Assembly: GCA_900548695.1 (NCBI GenBank)
Contig: URLC01000002.1
Location: forward strand, 197,545 to 261,544
DNA: 64,000 nt
Source of the DNA: an uncultured Mycoplasmatota bacterium
GTDB taxonomy: Bacteria; Bacillota_I; Bacilli_A; RF39; UBA660
Direction of reading: 5' to 3'
Part shown: positions 9,576 to 19,624 of the stretch, in pieces
How positions within the stretch are numbered: position 1 is the first letter of the stretch
Layout: each line of letters starts with the position of its first letter
Position numbers and translations under genes: made by a program
Notes under the pieces: model-generated
Database searches by the model: none
The model's input: only the letters and a program-made list of their open reading frames with translations
Told to the model about the DNA's origin: nothing

Positions 9576-9678
9576 ACAGAAAAAAACGATAGAATTATAT
9601 AAACATAAATAATTGATTACAATGTTTAAACTCTATCTAAATGAAATTTTATATAAATAATAATATTTTATAATTGCA

Positions 9679-9706
9679 GCAAACAGGGAAAAAATCCTGT
9701 TTTTTT
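9679..9706 (+). terminator. rho-independent terminator
   Basis: aaacagg-gaaaaaat-cctgttt hairpin plus tttt. It is followed by an extended -10 promoter (tgtTATAAT). Confidence 0.55.
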
Positions 9707-9738
9707 ATGTTATAATATAGTGCAATGGGTGATATGTA

Positions 9739-10965
9739 ATGAAGTGGAATGTAGCAGTATATTTAAGAGTTTCTAAAGAAGTAGATGATTTGTGTGAGAC
9801 TAACAGTTTAGATAACCAAAAACTGATAATTGAAAATTTTGTAAATAACAATCGAGATTTAGTTATTAAAGATTATTATATTGATAATGGATATAGTGGC
9901 ACAAATATGGAAAGACCTGCATTAGAGCAAATGATGGATGATATACATAATAAAAAAATAAATTGTGTAATCGTTAAAGATATGTCTCGATTTGCAAGAA
10001 ATTATGCATGATGCCAAATATATTTAGGAGAACGTTTTCCCAGTAATAACGTAAGATTTATTTCTATAAATGATAATTTAGATAGTTTAGAAAATCCTAA
10101 TTATACTGATAAACTGGAATTTGTTTTGCTAAATCTTGTTTATGAACATTATGCTATTGAAGCTTCTGAAAAAGTAACAACAATAAAAAGAATGCAACAA
10201 AAAAATGGAGATTATTTAGGAGTATCAGCCCCATATGGATATATTAAAGATCCAAATGATGGTCATAAAGTTTTAATAGATGATTATGCATCAAAGATAG
10301 TAAAACGAATTTTTGATATGACTTTAGAATGCAAGAGTAGAAATGAAATAGTAGATATATTAAATGATGAATGTGTATTACCACCTTCTAAATATAAAGC
10401 TGAAATTATAAAAGTAACAAGTTTATCCACTAAGATAGCAGAAAAGTGGCAGCCTAACATGATTAGAGAAATATTAAAAAATGAATTCTATATTGGTAAC
10501 ATGGCACAAGGAAAAGTAAGAAAACCTACTAGAAGATTAAATAAACTTGTAAAAGTGTCTAAAGATGATTGGATAGTGGTAGAAAATACACACGAAGCTA
10601 TTATAGATAAAAATGATTTTGAGACAGTTCAAAGAATATTAGAATTTTCTTCCTCAATTTTAAATTCTAGTGAAATGTTGCTAATGTATTTAAAATGTCC
10701 TGATTGCAATGGTATATTTCATAAAAAGAAAACTAAATATAATGAGTACTATTATTGTAATACTTATTATAGAAACAAGGGATGTTCTAAACATTCAGTT
10801 ATAAAATCAGTTTTAGAAGAAATGGTTTTAGAAGATTTAAAAGAAAATATTGATCAAAATATCAAGTATTTAACAAAAGACATACTTAAAAAGTATATAA
10901 AAGATATTTTTATATTTGACAATGGAAAAATAGAAATTGAATACAAAAGTAAGGAGGTGAAATAA
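9739..10965 (+). pseudogene. large serine recombinase inactivated by a single in-frame TGA (10009-10011)
   Basis: N-terminus VAVYLRVSK...SLDNQ...IVKDMSRFARNYA is a resolvase catalytic domain. After the TGA the same frame continues ...GERFPSNNVRFISINDNLDS... and ends with a Cys-rich zinc-ribbon-like part (CPDCNG...YYYCNTY...GCSKH). Confidence 0.8.
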
Positions 10966-11143
10966 TGTCTTGGAATGAAATTTTAACTCAAATTGTAATA
11001 CCATTAATATCAGGATTTATTGGGGGAAGTATTGGGAACGTAGTTATACAAAAATATAGGGATTCAAGAAAATATGTAATGAAGTATAAAGATGTAGAAT
11101 TTAAAGTTGTTGGAGATGTTGTAAATGGAGAAAAAAAGTAAAA
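10965..11143 (+). CDS. small predicted membrane protein (58 aa), overlaps the start of the next gene
   Basis: ATG 6 nt after AAGGAGGTG. Contains the hydrophobic helix ILTQIVIPLISGFIGGSIGNVVI. Confidence 0.35.
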
Positions 11144-13461
11144 AACATTTTTTGTTAAATTTATTTACTAAATTTTCTGTTAAAGGAGATGTTGTAAATG
11201 GTGATAAATATGTTTTTAAAATGCCACCGTCTTTAAAAGAAGATCTCCTAAAAATTATTAATAAAAATGATGAAAACTATTCTGATTTTTATAAAAATTA
11301 TATTTCAAAATTTGACGAATTAGATAATTATGCTTTTTCTTTATTTTATCCTAATTTAATAAAGGAAGAGTTTTCGGTTAAGAGTAAACCATTGATATTA
11401 GGTAAAAAAATTATTAATTGGATTTATGGATTAGAAAAATTTCCTACTAAAGATATTGAAGAATTTTATAAATTAATAAAAGTTGAGTATAAGTTTAGTA
11501 ATGATACAGCTATTGTTAAGCGATGGAATGCTAATATTGCCTATTTTAATAATGATTTAAAAAGAGCTTCTGATAATTATAGCAAGCTATATGATGATTT
11601 AAAAGATGTTGATAGTATACCTAAATGGTATATCGATGATATTTGCATAGATGGAAGAAATATTTTACACCAATATGGAAACACACAAAATACTCATTAT
11701 TATAATAATAAATATCAAGATAAAATATCATCAAATCCTCATAAATTATCTTATCCAGATGTTGATCGTATAAAAATTAATATTTATGAAAATGTATCAA
11801 AACATATATTTAATAATAAAAACAAGGCAAAATATACAATTATTTATGGTGCTGGGCTTGAGGAAATTTTCAAGGAAATACAAAATCTAGTCTATTTAAC
11901 TATTTTTTATGGTTCTATAACTCATTTAAAACTTATTAGGGAATTAATTTCAGATATAATGTATATGTATGCCGAAACATTTGAAGATGAACAATTTTAT
12001 AAACTATCTTTGAAAATGTTATTTATTAGTGGAAAGTACAAAGAATTTAGAAATTTATACAATAAATTAAAACTAAATTATTCTTTTGTAAATTCAGAAG
12101 AATTTATTAAAGATATATTGAATTCAAGGAAATCATTGTTTGGTTTTGAAATAAATAGAAATAGTATTTTTTTGTTTGATATATATGGAAGATATTTAGA
12201 TGATAATGTTTTTACAAAATTAGAAAATGAACTTTTTGAAATAGTAACAATTAACTCTAATTTTCAAATAGATTTAATTAGTAATGCTTTTAAAGCAATA
12301 GCGGCTAATTTAATACGTTCAACTAATATTGGTTCATTGTTGAAAATAATGAAGAAATATTTCTTCAAGTCTTATTCAAGGTTTTATATTGATTTTGGTG
12401 GAATTATAAAAGCGGTAGATGTTAATAATTTATCATCATCTGAATTCTCTAATTTTAAATTTATTATAGATTCGTTGATTAAAGAAAAATCACATTTAAA
12501 TTATGATCTATCAGATCAAATAATTGCTATAAAAAAACGTAACCCCAAAATAACAAAGTATGATGAATTAATAGGAACTAATGGAACTTTAGAAAATTTT
12601 AAATACGAGGCAGAAAAAGATAATAACTATGTCGAAATGGCCAAAAAGGTTATTAAAATTTTTAAGGATGAACATGAAGTAATAGAAAAAAGATGTTCTG
12701 GTGTGTATTACGATAAATTCTCGGAATATAGGCTTGGCAATAAAATATTTCAAAAAGATTTATATAGTAAAACAAGAGAGTTTATTATAAATGATTACTT
12801 ACCTTTGGCGAAAAGTATAATAAAATCTGAGAAAGAAATAATTTATGAAAAGATAAAACATATTAAATATTTAAGTTATTTTTTAATGATAGAAAAAGAT
12901 TCGGAAATCGTAGACGAAGTAATCAAAGATATACATACTGTTGAATTTACAAAATTTAATGATGTTTCTACATTTGGTGGTGTTAAAGATAGAGATATAT
13001 ATGACTTAAAAATAAATATCATTATGTGTGATGTGATTTGTAATAAAATAAAATATAGTGATGGTTTAATTAAATATTTAGAAATAGCTATAAATAGAAA
13101 TGAAAATCTTGAAGAAATAGTTAACTGTATTTTAATATTAAATGATTATTGTATTTTGAATAAAGATGATATTCAAAATTTATATTTATTATTTAAAATT
13201 TGCTATAATGTTAATGATATTGATGTGAGAAATAAAATTGTAGAAATTAGTAATTGTTTTATTGAGACATTTTACCAAGAGGAAGTACTCGAAATTTTAA
13301 ATGAAAGATCAAAATATTTAAGTGAAGATGAATGTATAGGGTATATAAAGTTAATCACAAGTGTTAACGATAAAACAATATTTGATGCTAGTATTGAAAA
13401 CTTAAAAAACAATAGAAACTTTTATATAAAATATATGGTTGATAAATATTTAAAAGATTAA
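11125..13461 (+). CDS. large orphan protein (778 aa), predicted all-alpha, no recognisable domain
   Basis: Uninterrupted ORF in an extremely AT-rich stretch, directly downstream of the recombinase pseudogene. Confidence 0.6.
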   Translation: MEKKSKKHFLLNLFTKFSVKGDVVNGDKYVFKMPPSLKEDLLKIINKNDENYSDFYKNYISKFDELDNYAFSLFYPNLIKEEFSVKSKPLILGKKIINWIYGLEKFPTKDIEEFYKLIKVEYKFSNDTAIVKRWNANIAYFNNDLKRASDNYSKLYDDLKDVDSIPKWYIDDICIDGRNILHQYGNTQNTHYYNNKYQDKISSNPHKLSYPDVDRIKINIYENVSKHIFNNKNKAKYTIIYGAGLEEIFKEIQNLVYLTIFYGSITHLKLIRELISDIMYMYAETFEDEQFYKLSLKMLFISGKYKEFRNLYNKLKLNYSFVNSEEFIKDILNSRKSLFGFEINRNSIFLFDIYGRYLDDNVFTKLENELFEIVTINSNFQIDLISNAFKAIAANLIRSTNIGSLLKIMKKYFFKSYSRFYIDFGGIIKAVDVNNLSSSEFSNFKFIIDSLIKEKSHLNYDLSDQIIAIKKRNPKITKYDELIGTNGTLENFKYEAEKDNNYVEMAKKVIKIFKDEHEVIEKRCSGVYYDKFSEYRLGNKIFQKDLYSKTREFIINDYLPLAKSIIKSEKEIIYEKIKHIKYLSYFLMIEKDSEIVDEVIKDIHTVEFTKFNDVSTFGGVKDRDIYDLKINIIMCDVICNKIKYSDGLIKYLEIAINRNENLEEIVNCILILNDYCILNKDDIQNLYLLFKICYNVNDIDVRNKIVEISNCFIETFYQEEVLEILNERSKYLSEDECIGYIKLITSVNDKTIFDASIENLKNNRNFYIKYMVDKYLKD

Positions 13462-13553
13462 TTAAAACATATTTATTGAAGAGAGTAGGTAAAACTACTT
13501 TTTTTATGATATAATGTTGTATGTTGGAAAACTTTAAAAAAGGAAGTGAAACA

Positions 13554-14429
13554 ATGGAAAATTTAGAAAAAACGTTCCCAAAAACAAGTATTAACTGGTA
13601 TCCAGGTCATATGGCTAAAACTAAGAGAGAAATCAAAGAAAAGTTAAATTTAATAGATATTGTTTATGAGGTTATTGATGCTAGAATGCCTCTTTCTTCT
13701 AAGATTGCTGATATTGATGATTTGATTAAAAATAAGCCTAAGATTTTGATTATGACTAAGTATGATTTATGTGATAAAGTTGAGACTGATAAGTTTATTC
13801 AGTATTATGAAGAAAGGGGATATCAAGTAATTCCAGTTGATTTAATGAGTGGTTTAAATGTTAAAAAAATCATTGATGCTAGTGAAGTTGTTTTAAAAGA
13901 AGAAAATGAAAAGAGAAAGTTAAAAGGATTAAAGCCTAGAAATATTAGAGCTTTGATTTTAGGAGTTCCTAATGCTGGTAAAAGCACACTTATTAATCGA
14001 TTGGTTGGTAGAAAATCAGCTGGTGTTGGTAATAGGCCAGGATTTACTAAAAGTTTAAGTTGGATTCGTATTCATAAGGATATTGATTTATTAGATACTC
14101 CTGGTATTTTGTGGCCAAAGTTAGAAAATCAGGAATCAGCTCATATTTTAGCTTGTTTTTCTTCCATTAAAGAGGAAATATTAAATGAGGATCAAATAGC
14201 TAGTTTTATTTTAAGAAAATTATATGAACTTTATCCACAAAGTTTAGAAAAAAGATATGGAATCACGGAGTTTGATGATGATTTGATAGAAGTTTATGAT
14301 ACTATAGCAGCAAGACGTGGAGCATTAACTAAGGGCGGAGTTGCTGATTATGAAAAAGTATCTAATTTAATTATTAGAGATTTTAAAAACGGGTATTTTG
14401 GACCGATTACTTTTGATCGTTTAAAGTAA
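13554..14429 (+). CDS. rbgA: ribosome biogenesis GTPase A (YlqF)
   Basis: Circularly permuted GTPase: NWYPGHMAK, DARMP, GVPNAGKSTLINRL, DTPGILWPK. RBS AGGAAG lies before the ATG at 13554. Confidence 0.85.
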   Translation: MENLEKTFPKTSINWYPGHMAKTKREIKEKLNLIDIVYEVIDARMPLSSKIADIDDLIKNKPKILIMTKYDLCDKVETDKFIQYYEERGYQVIPVDLMSGLNVKKIIDASEVVLKEENEKRKLKGLKPRNIRALILGVPNAGKSTLINRLVGRKSAGVGNRPGFTKSLSWIRIHKDIDLLDTPGILWPKLENQESAHILACFSSIKEEILNEDQIASFILRKLYELYPQSLEKRYGITEFDDDLIEVYDTIAARRGALTKGGVADYEKVSNLIIRDFKNGYFGPITFDRLK

Positions 14430-14440
14430 TTTTGAAAAAA

Positions 14441-14472
14441 AGAATAATAGTTTGTTTATTCTTTTTTTATAT
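14441..14472 (+). terminator. rho-independent terminator after rbgA
   Basis: aaagaataa-tagtttgt-ttattcttt followed by a T-run. Confidence 0.6.
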
Positions 14473-14507
14473 TTGTGGTAAAATGAGAATAGATTTGAGG
14501 GAAGTAT

Positions 14508-15491
14508 ATGATAAAACTTGAGATTTTTAAAAAGTTGAAAGAACTTAATTTAGATAAAGATAAATATGTGGTAATAGGTGATGCAAGCTTGGTGTGTCAT
14601 GATATTATTGATGAGGCTGATGATATTACTATTTGGTGTTTAGAGGAAGTTTTTAATTTATTAGATTGGCCCAGTCGTGAAGAAAATAAAACTTTAGTTA
14701 AATATAGAGATGTGATTACTATAAGTAAATCTTTATATGATGATTGGTGTATAGATATTATTGATGGCTATTGTTTTTTAAATATTATTTCTTGTTATGA
14801 GTTAAAGAAGAGAGTTAATAAAAAGGAAGATAAAAAATTAATTCAAAAGCTAGAACTTATGGTTTGTAGCCAAAATAATTATTATTTTGAAAGTAAGTTA
14901 AAAAAGCAAGGTGTAAAGTATATTGCTGGTGTTGATGAAGTTGGACGTGGTCCTTTAGTTGGTCCTGTTGTTGCGGCTTGTGTTGTTTTACCCGATACTT
15001 TTTCTTTAGAGGGACTTACGGATTCAAAAAAACTTAGTGAGAAAAAAAGAGATTATTATTATGATGAGATTATGAGGCAAGCACTTGGTGTTGGTGTTGG
15101 GATTGTTTCAGAAAAGGTGATTGATGAAATTAATATTTATGAGGCAACAAAAAGAGCTATGAGGGAAGCTATTTTAGATTGTAATATTAAACCAGAACAT
15201 ATTTTAATTGATGCGATGCCTCTTTCTTTGGAGATTCCTACTACTTCTATTATTAAGGGTGATTTAAAAAGTATTACGATTAGTGCGGCGAGTGTTATTG
15301 CTAAGGTTACTAGAGATAGAATGCTTGATGAATTAGATAAAAAATATCCTATGTATGATTTTAAAGATAATAAAGGGTATCCTACTAAAAAACATATTGA
15401 AGCTATTCATACTTATGGAATTATTGATGAACATCGAAGAAGTTATGGACCTGTCAAGGACTATTTAGAAAAACAATTTTCAACTTTTTAG
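14508..15491 (+). CDS. rnhB: ribonuclease HII with about 125-aa N-terminal extension
   Basis: Core YIAGVDEVGRGPLVGPVVAA...DSKKLSEKKR... is RNase HII. Good RBS GAGGGAAG before 14508. Confidence 0.8.
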   Translation: MIKLEIFKKLKELNLDKDKYVVIGDASLVCHDIIDEADDITIWCLEEVFNLLDWPSREENKTLVKYRDVITISKSLYDDWCIDIIDGYCFLNIISCYELKKRVNKKEDKKLIQKLELMVCSQNNYYFESKLKKQGVKYIAGVDEVGRGPLVGPVVAACVVLPDTFSLEGLTDSKKLSEKKRDYYYDEIMRQALGVGVGIVSEKVIDEINIYEATKRAMREAILDCNIKPEHILIDAMPLSLEIPTTSIIKGDLKSITISAASVIAKVTRDRMLDELDKKYPMYDFKDNKGYPTKKHIEAIHTYGIIDEHRRSYGPVKDYLEKQFSTF

Positions 15492-15535
15492 TAAAAGTAG
15501 GGAGTTTTTCATAATATATTAAATGAGGTGGTAAT

Positions 15536-16174
15536 ATGGGATTTGTGTCAGATATTGTAGGAGATAGAAAAACAAATAAATATGGAGAACATCTTAATCA
15601 TTTGGCAGTCTCTAATAGATTTTTTTATCATAAGCACCCTTCTAATTGTATACAGCCTGATGAGTTAGCTTTAGGGGCAAATTCTAAAGAAGAGTTACGT
15701 AGAACGGTTTGTGTATCGTTGTATTATCGAGGAAAACCAGATTTTTATGACTTTAGTTTAATTATGGGTTTGTTTTTTGGGACTTTTAATATTTATTCTT
15801 ATCAGAACTTGACAGAAAATATGAAAAAGGAACTTGTTAGTTTAGATTTGAATTCTGAAATTACTAGAAATTTTTTGAGTGAATATTCGTCGAGTTTGAT
15901 TGATTATTTTCAGAAAACTTATGATATTCATGCTGATTTTTATCAAAAAGAAGTTGATAGGATGTTTACAGTTGTTGATGATGAATCTTTATATGGAAAT
16001 GTAGTTTGTAATGATCTTGGGAAAATACTTATTGCTAGTTATTTAACGATGTCATCCTTTGATAATTGTTGGTCTAAGAAAGATATTGCTGATAGAATTA
16101 GTAATGGAGAAATGATTGTAGAGTTTTCTAGGTTAAATGGTAAATTTAAAGAGTCAAGTAATATTTTAAAATAG
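15536..16174 (+). CDS. hypothetical protein (212 aa)
   Basis: ORF with RBS. No motif recognised. Confidence 0.45.
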   Translation: MGFVSDIVGDRKTNKYGEHLNHLAVSNRFFYHKHPSNCIQPDELALGANSKEELRRTVCVSLYYRGKPDFYDFSLIMGLFFGTFNIYSYQNLTENMKKELVSLDLNSEITRNFLSEYSSSLIDYFQKTYDIHADFYQKEVDRMFTVVDDESLYGNVVCNDLGKILIASYLTMSSFDNCWSKKDIADRISNGEMIVEFSRLNGKFKESSNILK

Positions 16175-16234
16175 GTATTTTCATTGACAAAAGCATAAAT
16201 TACTAGTATAAGTATGTGAGTAAGGAGGATTTTC

Positions 16235-18265
16235 ATGGCAAAGAATTTGGTAATCGTCGAAAGTCCTAGTAAGAGTAAGACGATTGAGAAGTATTTGGGA
16301 AAAGATTATAAGGTAGTTTCATCTAAGGGACATATTCGTGATTTAGCTACTTCTGGTCCATTGGGACTTGGTGTTGATATTGAGAACGGTTTTTTACCTA
16401 ATTATGTTCCAATTAAGGGAAAAGGTTCTATTATTAAAGAATTGAAAAAAGATGTTAAAGATAGTGATATGGTATATCTTGCAAGTGACCCGGACCGTGA
16501 AGGGGAAGCAATTGCTTGGCATTTAAAAGATGCTTTAAATATTTCTGATAATCATTATAAACGTATTTTGTTTCATGAAATTACTCATGATAAGGTTTTG
16601 GAAGCGATTAAAAATCCAACTGTTATTGATGATAATTTGGTGAAGAGTCAAGAAACAAGAAGAATTTTAGATCGTATTATTGGTTTTCGTCTTTCTAAAT
16701 TATTACAAAGTAAAATCGGGGCGAAGAGTGCGGGACGTGTACAAAGTGTTGCGTTAAAATTGATTGTTGATAGAGAAAGAGAAATTCTTTCTTTTATTCC
16801 AGAGGAATATTGGACTATTACCGCTATATTTCCAGAGTATGAGGCAACGTTATTTAAATATAAAGATAAAGATATTGAATTAAAGTGTGAGGCGGATGCT
16901 AATAAAGTTTTAGAACAATTAGGTAGTACTTATGTTGTTGAGTCTGTTGAGAAAAAGGAAAGAGCAAAGAAGAGTAAGTTTCCATTTATTACTTCTACTT
17001 TACAACAGGAAGCATCTACGAAATTAGGTTTTCCAGCTAAAAAGACAATGAGTATTGCTCAGAAGTTATATGAAGGTATTGACTTAGGTGATGAGACTGT
17101 TGGTTTAATTACTTACATGAGAACTGACTCTGTTCGTTTATCTGATGATTTTGTTGGACCTGCTAGAAAATATATTGAAGAAAAATATGGTAAGAAGTAT
17201 GTTGGCTTTGTAAAGCAAAGTAAGAAAAAAGAAAATGTCCAAGATGCTCATGAAGCAATACGTCCTACTAGTGTTTTAAGAACGCCAGATGCTGTAAAAG
17301 CACATTTAAAAGCTGATGAATTTAAATTGTATTCATTAATTTATAAAAGAACCATTGCTTTTTTAATGGCTGATGCAAAAGTTAATCAAACTACTATTAT
17401 TTTTGATAATTGTGATTATAAGTTTAAGACTACGGGCCAAATACTTATTTTTGATGGTTATTTGAAAGTTTATCAAGATTATGAATCAAGTGAAGATAAA
17501 GTGTTGCCAGAGATTCATGATAAAGAAGAAGCTATTTCTACTGATATTTCTTCTGAGCAGCATTTTACTAAACCTCCAGCTCGTTATACAGAGGCTAAGT
17601 TAATTAAAGAATTAGAAGAACTTGGTATTGGTAGACCATCTACTTATGCGAAAATCATTGATACTATTAAAGAGCGTAATTATGTTGAAGTAGTAGAGAA
17701 AAAATTTAAGCCAACAGAGATGGGAATTGAAACTACGGATAAGTTGCAAGAGTTTTTTAGTGATTTAATAAATGTTGAGTATACTCGCGATATGGAAGAA
17801 GATTTAGATAAGGTTGCTGAAGGTAAGGAAGTTTGGAATGAAGTCTTGGCTAATTTTTATCAATTATTTGAACCGCGAGTTAAAAGTGCTTTTTCAGATA
17901 TGGAGAAGAAAGCACCTGAAGAAACTGGAGAAGTTTGTCCAGAATGTGGTAGTCCATTAGTGGTGCGTAATGGACGATATGGAGAATTTGTAGCTTGTTC
18001 TAATTATCCAACTTGTAAATATATAAAAAAGGAAGAAAAAGAAGAAGTTGTTGTTATGGATTGTCCTGATTGTGATGGTAAGATTATCGAAAAAACAACG
18101 CGTCGTGGTAAGGTTTTTTATGGCTGTAGCAATTACCCAAAATGTAAATTTGCATCTTGGGATAAACCAATTTCTAGAAAATGTCCAGAATGTGGTAGTT
18201 ACTTAGTTGAAAAAAATGATAAAATTAAGTGTAGTAGTTGCGCTTATGAAGAAAGTCAATCTTAA
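16235..18265 (+). CDS. topA: DNA topoisomerase I
   Basis: TOPRIM N-terminus (LVIVESPSKSKTIEKYLG), active-site region, three C-terminal CxxC...CxxC zinc ribbons. Confidence 0.9.
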   Translation: MAKNLVIVESPSKSKTIEKYLGKDYKVVSSKGHIRDLATSGPLGLGVDIENGFLPNYVPIKGKGSIIKELKKDVKDSDMVYLASDPDREGEAIAWHLKDALNISDNHYKRILFHEITHDKVLEAIKNPTVIDDNLVKSQETRRILDRIIGFRLSKLLQSKIGAKSAGRVQSVALKLIVDREREILSFIPEEYWTITAIFPEYEATLFKYKDKDIELKCEADANKVLEQLGSTYVVESVEKKERAKKSKFPFITSTLQQEASTKLGFPAKKTMSIAQKLYEGIDLGDETVGLITYMRTDSVRLSDDFVGPARKYIEEKYGKKYVGFVKQSKKKENVQDAHEAIRPTSVLRTPDAVKAHLKADEFKLYSLIYKRTIAFLMADAKVNQTTIIFDNCDYKFKTTGQILIFDGYLKVYQDYESSEDKVLPEIHDKEEAISTDISSEQHFTKPPARYTEAKLIKELEELGIGRPSTYAKIIDTIKERNYVEVVEKKFKPTEMGIETTDKLQEFFSDLINVEYTRDMEEDLDKVAEGKEVWNEVLANFYQLFEPRVKSAFSDMEKKAPEETGEVCPECGSPLVVRNGRYGEFVACSNYPTCKYIKKEEKEEVVVMDCPDCDGKIIEKTTRRGKVFYGCSNYPKCKFASWDKPISRKCPECGSYLVEKNDKIKCSSCAYEESQS

Positions 18266-18282
18266 TCAGATTGATTTTTTTG
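18257..18282 (+). terminator. rho-independent terminator overlapping the topA stop
   Basis: caatct-taatc-agattg followed by attttttt. Confidence 0.55.
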
Positions 18283-18322
18283 GTTATTTATGATATAATT
18301 TAGCCAAACTAGGGGGGATATT

Positions 18323-19624
18323 ATGGCCGGTATTCATTATTATTTAGTAGGACAAGAAAAATTTAGTCATCAGTTTCAAGTTATAGATTTTTATCCGGAT
18401 GATTATTTTTATGGTGCTCATCAGAAATTAGAACAATTGGATTTACTTTCTACTATGTTTGAAAATGAAGAAAAATTCGTTCAGTTTTTATGTGATAAAG
18501 GAAGACTTCCTAGCTCTAATTATCATCTGATGATTGCCTTTTTTAAAAATAAAGATATTAAATTTTATAATGTTATTTATAATGATCAGTATAATAAACA
18601 TTTGAATCATTTACGAAAGGGAGCAAGAGAATCCTTATTAGATACGAAGGCTTATATTAAGTCTGCTAGTGATGTTATTAAAGAATTTTATGATAGTGTA
18701 AAGACTAATGATAGATTGTATAGTATGATTACTGCTAATGCGACTAATATTTATGGTAAATTTTTAGATTTTTTTAAAACTAAAGATAGAGTGGAGAGTT
18801 TTTCAGATTTAAAGAATAGGGATGGTGGTTGGTTTTTACGCTCTTATACGCTACTTCGTAATATTGTAGAGGCAGAATGTCATTACGAGAAGTTGAATCA
18901 GCGTTCTGATGATTTTTATCGTTCTATGGTTGAAGAAAGGCGTATGAATGAGAGAAAATTATTGAAAGGGAAGGAAAAATTACGTAAATTATTAGGTGAT
19001 AGAGATAATCCTATGGTGATTCCAGGGCAATTAAGTTTGTTTGATGTTGGTATATTATCTGATGGTTATACAGTACCTAGAAAATCTCCTACTGGATATA
19101 TTTTAGAAAAGGATATGAAAGAACCAAAACAGATTGGTCCCGCTTTGCCAAGGAAAAAAAGAATTCAAATCCCTGATTATTCTGCAATTGATCATTCTAC
19201 TAAAGTTTCGGAGGTTTTTGCTACTTTAAATAGAGTGGGTGTAAATCCACTAAGACTTGGAGATTATGGCCAAGTAGAATTTTCTTCTCGGTATTTTTCT
19301 TATCCAATTTCTTCAGAACAGTTGGAAAAGCTTAATAAGTATATGGATAAAAGGACATTAAAAAATTGTTATTATTATATGCGGTATGATACTTTGATTG
19401 ATATTGAAAATCGTAAAGGTTTTTCTGTTTGTAGAGAGTTATATGAAGATCGTGATTTAGAGGCAAGAAGTCTTAGAAAAAAATTAAAAGATGAAAAAAT
19501 CTTAAATAGAGCTTATGCTTGGTGTGTTGTTTTTCGAGATTGTTTAGCAGAACAAAAGGAGTATGAAGAGCGTTCTAAGTGTGAAAGTAGTGAAGGGCAT
19601 GTTTATGTTAAAAAGCGAGACTGA
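18323..19624 (+). CDS. hypothetical protein (433 aa)
   Basis: Long ORF ending in TGA. No recognisable motif. Confidence 0.5.
   Translation: MAGIHYYLVGQEKFSHQFQVIDFYPDDYFYGAHQKLEQLDLLSTMFENEEKFVQFLCDKGRLPSSNYHLMIAFFKNKDIKFYNVIYNDQYNKHLNHLRKGARESLLDTKAYIKSASDVIKEFYDSVKTNDRLYSMITANATNIYGKFLDFFKTKDRVESFSDLKNRDGGWFLRSYTLLRNIVEAECHYEKLNQRSDDFYRSMVEERRMNERKLLKGKEKLRKLLGDRDNPMVIPGQLSLFDVGILSDGYTVPRKSPTGYILEKDMKEPKQIGPALPRKKRIQIPDYSAIDHSTKVSEVFATLNRVGVNPLRLGDYGQVEFSSRYFSYPISSEQLEKLNKYMDKRTLKNCYYYMRYDTLIDIENRKGFSVCRELYEDRDLEARSLRKKLKDEKILNRAYAWCVVFRDCLAEQKEYEERSKCESSEGHVYVKKRD

Larger units (their letters stand above)
4474..13515. mobile_element. putative degenerate integrative element / accessory island between asnA and rbgA
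   Basis: Visibly more AT-rich than the flanks. Carries a serine recombinase (inactivated), an antibiotic acetyltransferase, an XRE regulator and orphan genes. Identical 17 bp TTTTTTTATGATATAAT at 4474-4490 and 13499-13515. Confidence 0.4.

Noticed and set aside
9739-10965. Frameshift as the cause of the split recombinase
   Set aside because: Both parts are in the same frame. The break is a single TGA codon at 10009-10011.
16039-16236. Minus-strand ORF 16039-16236
   Set aside because: Overlaps the 3' end of 15536-16174 and the topA RBS region on the opposite strand. Hydrophobic low-complexity translation of AT-rich DNA.
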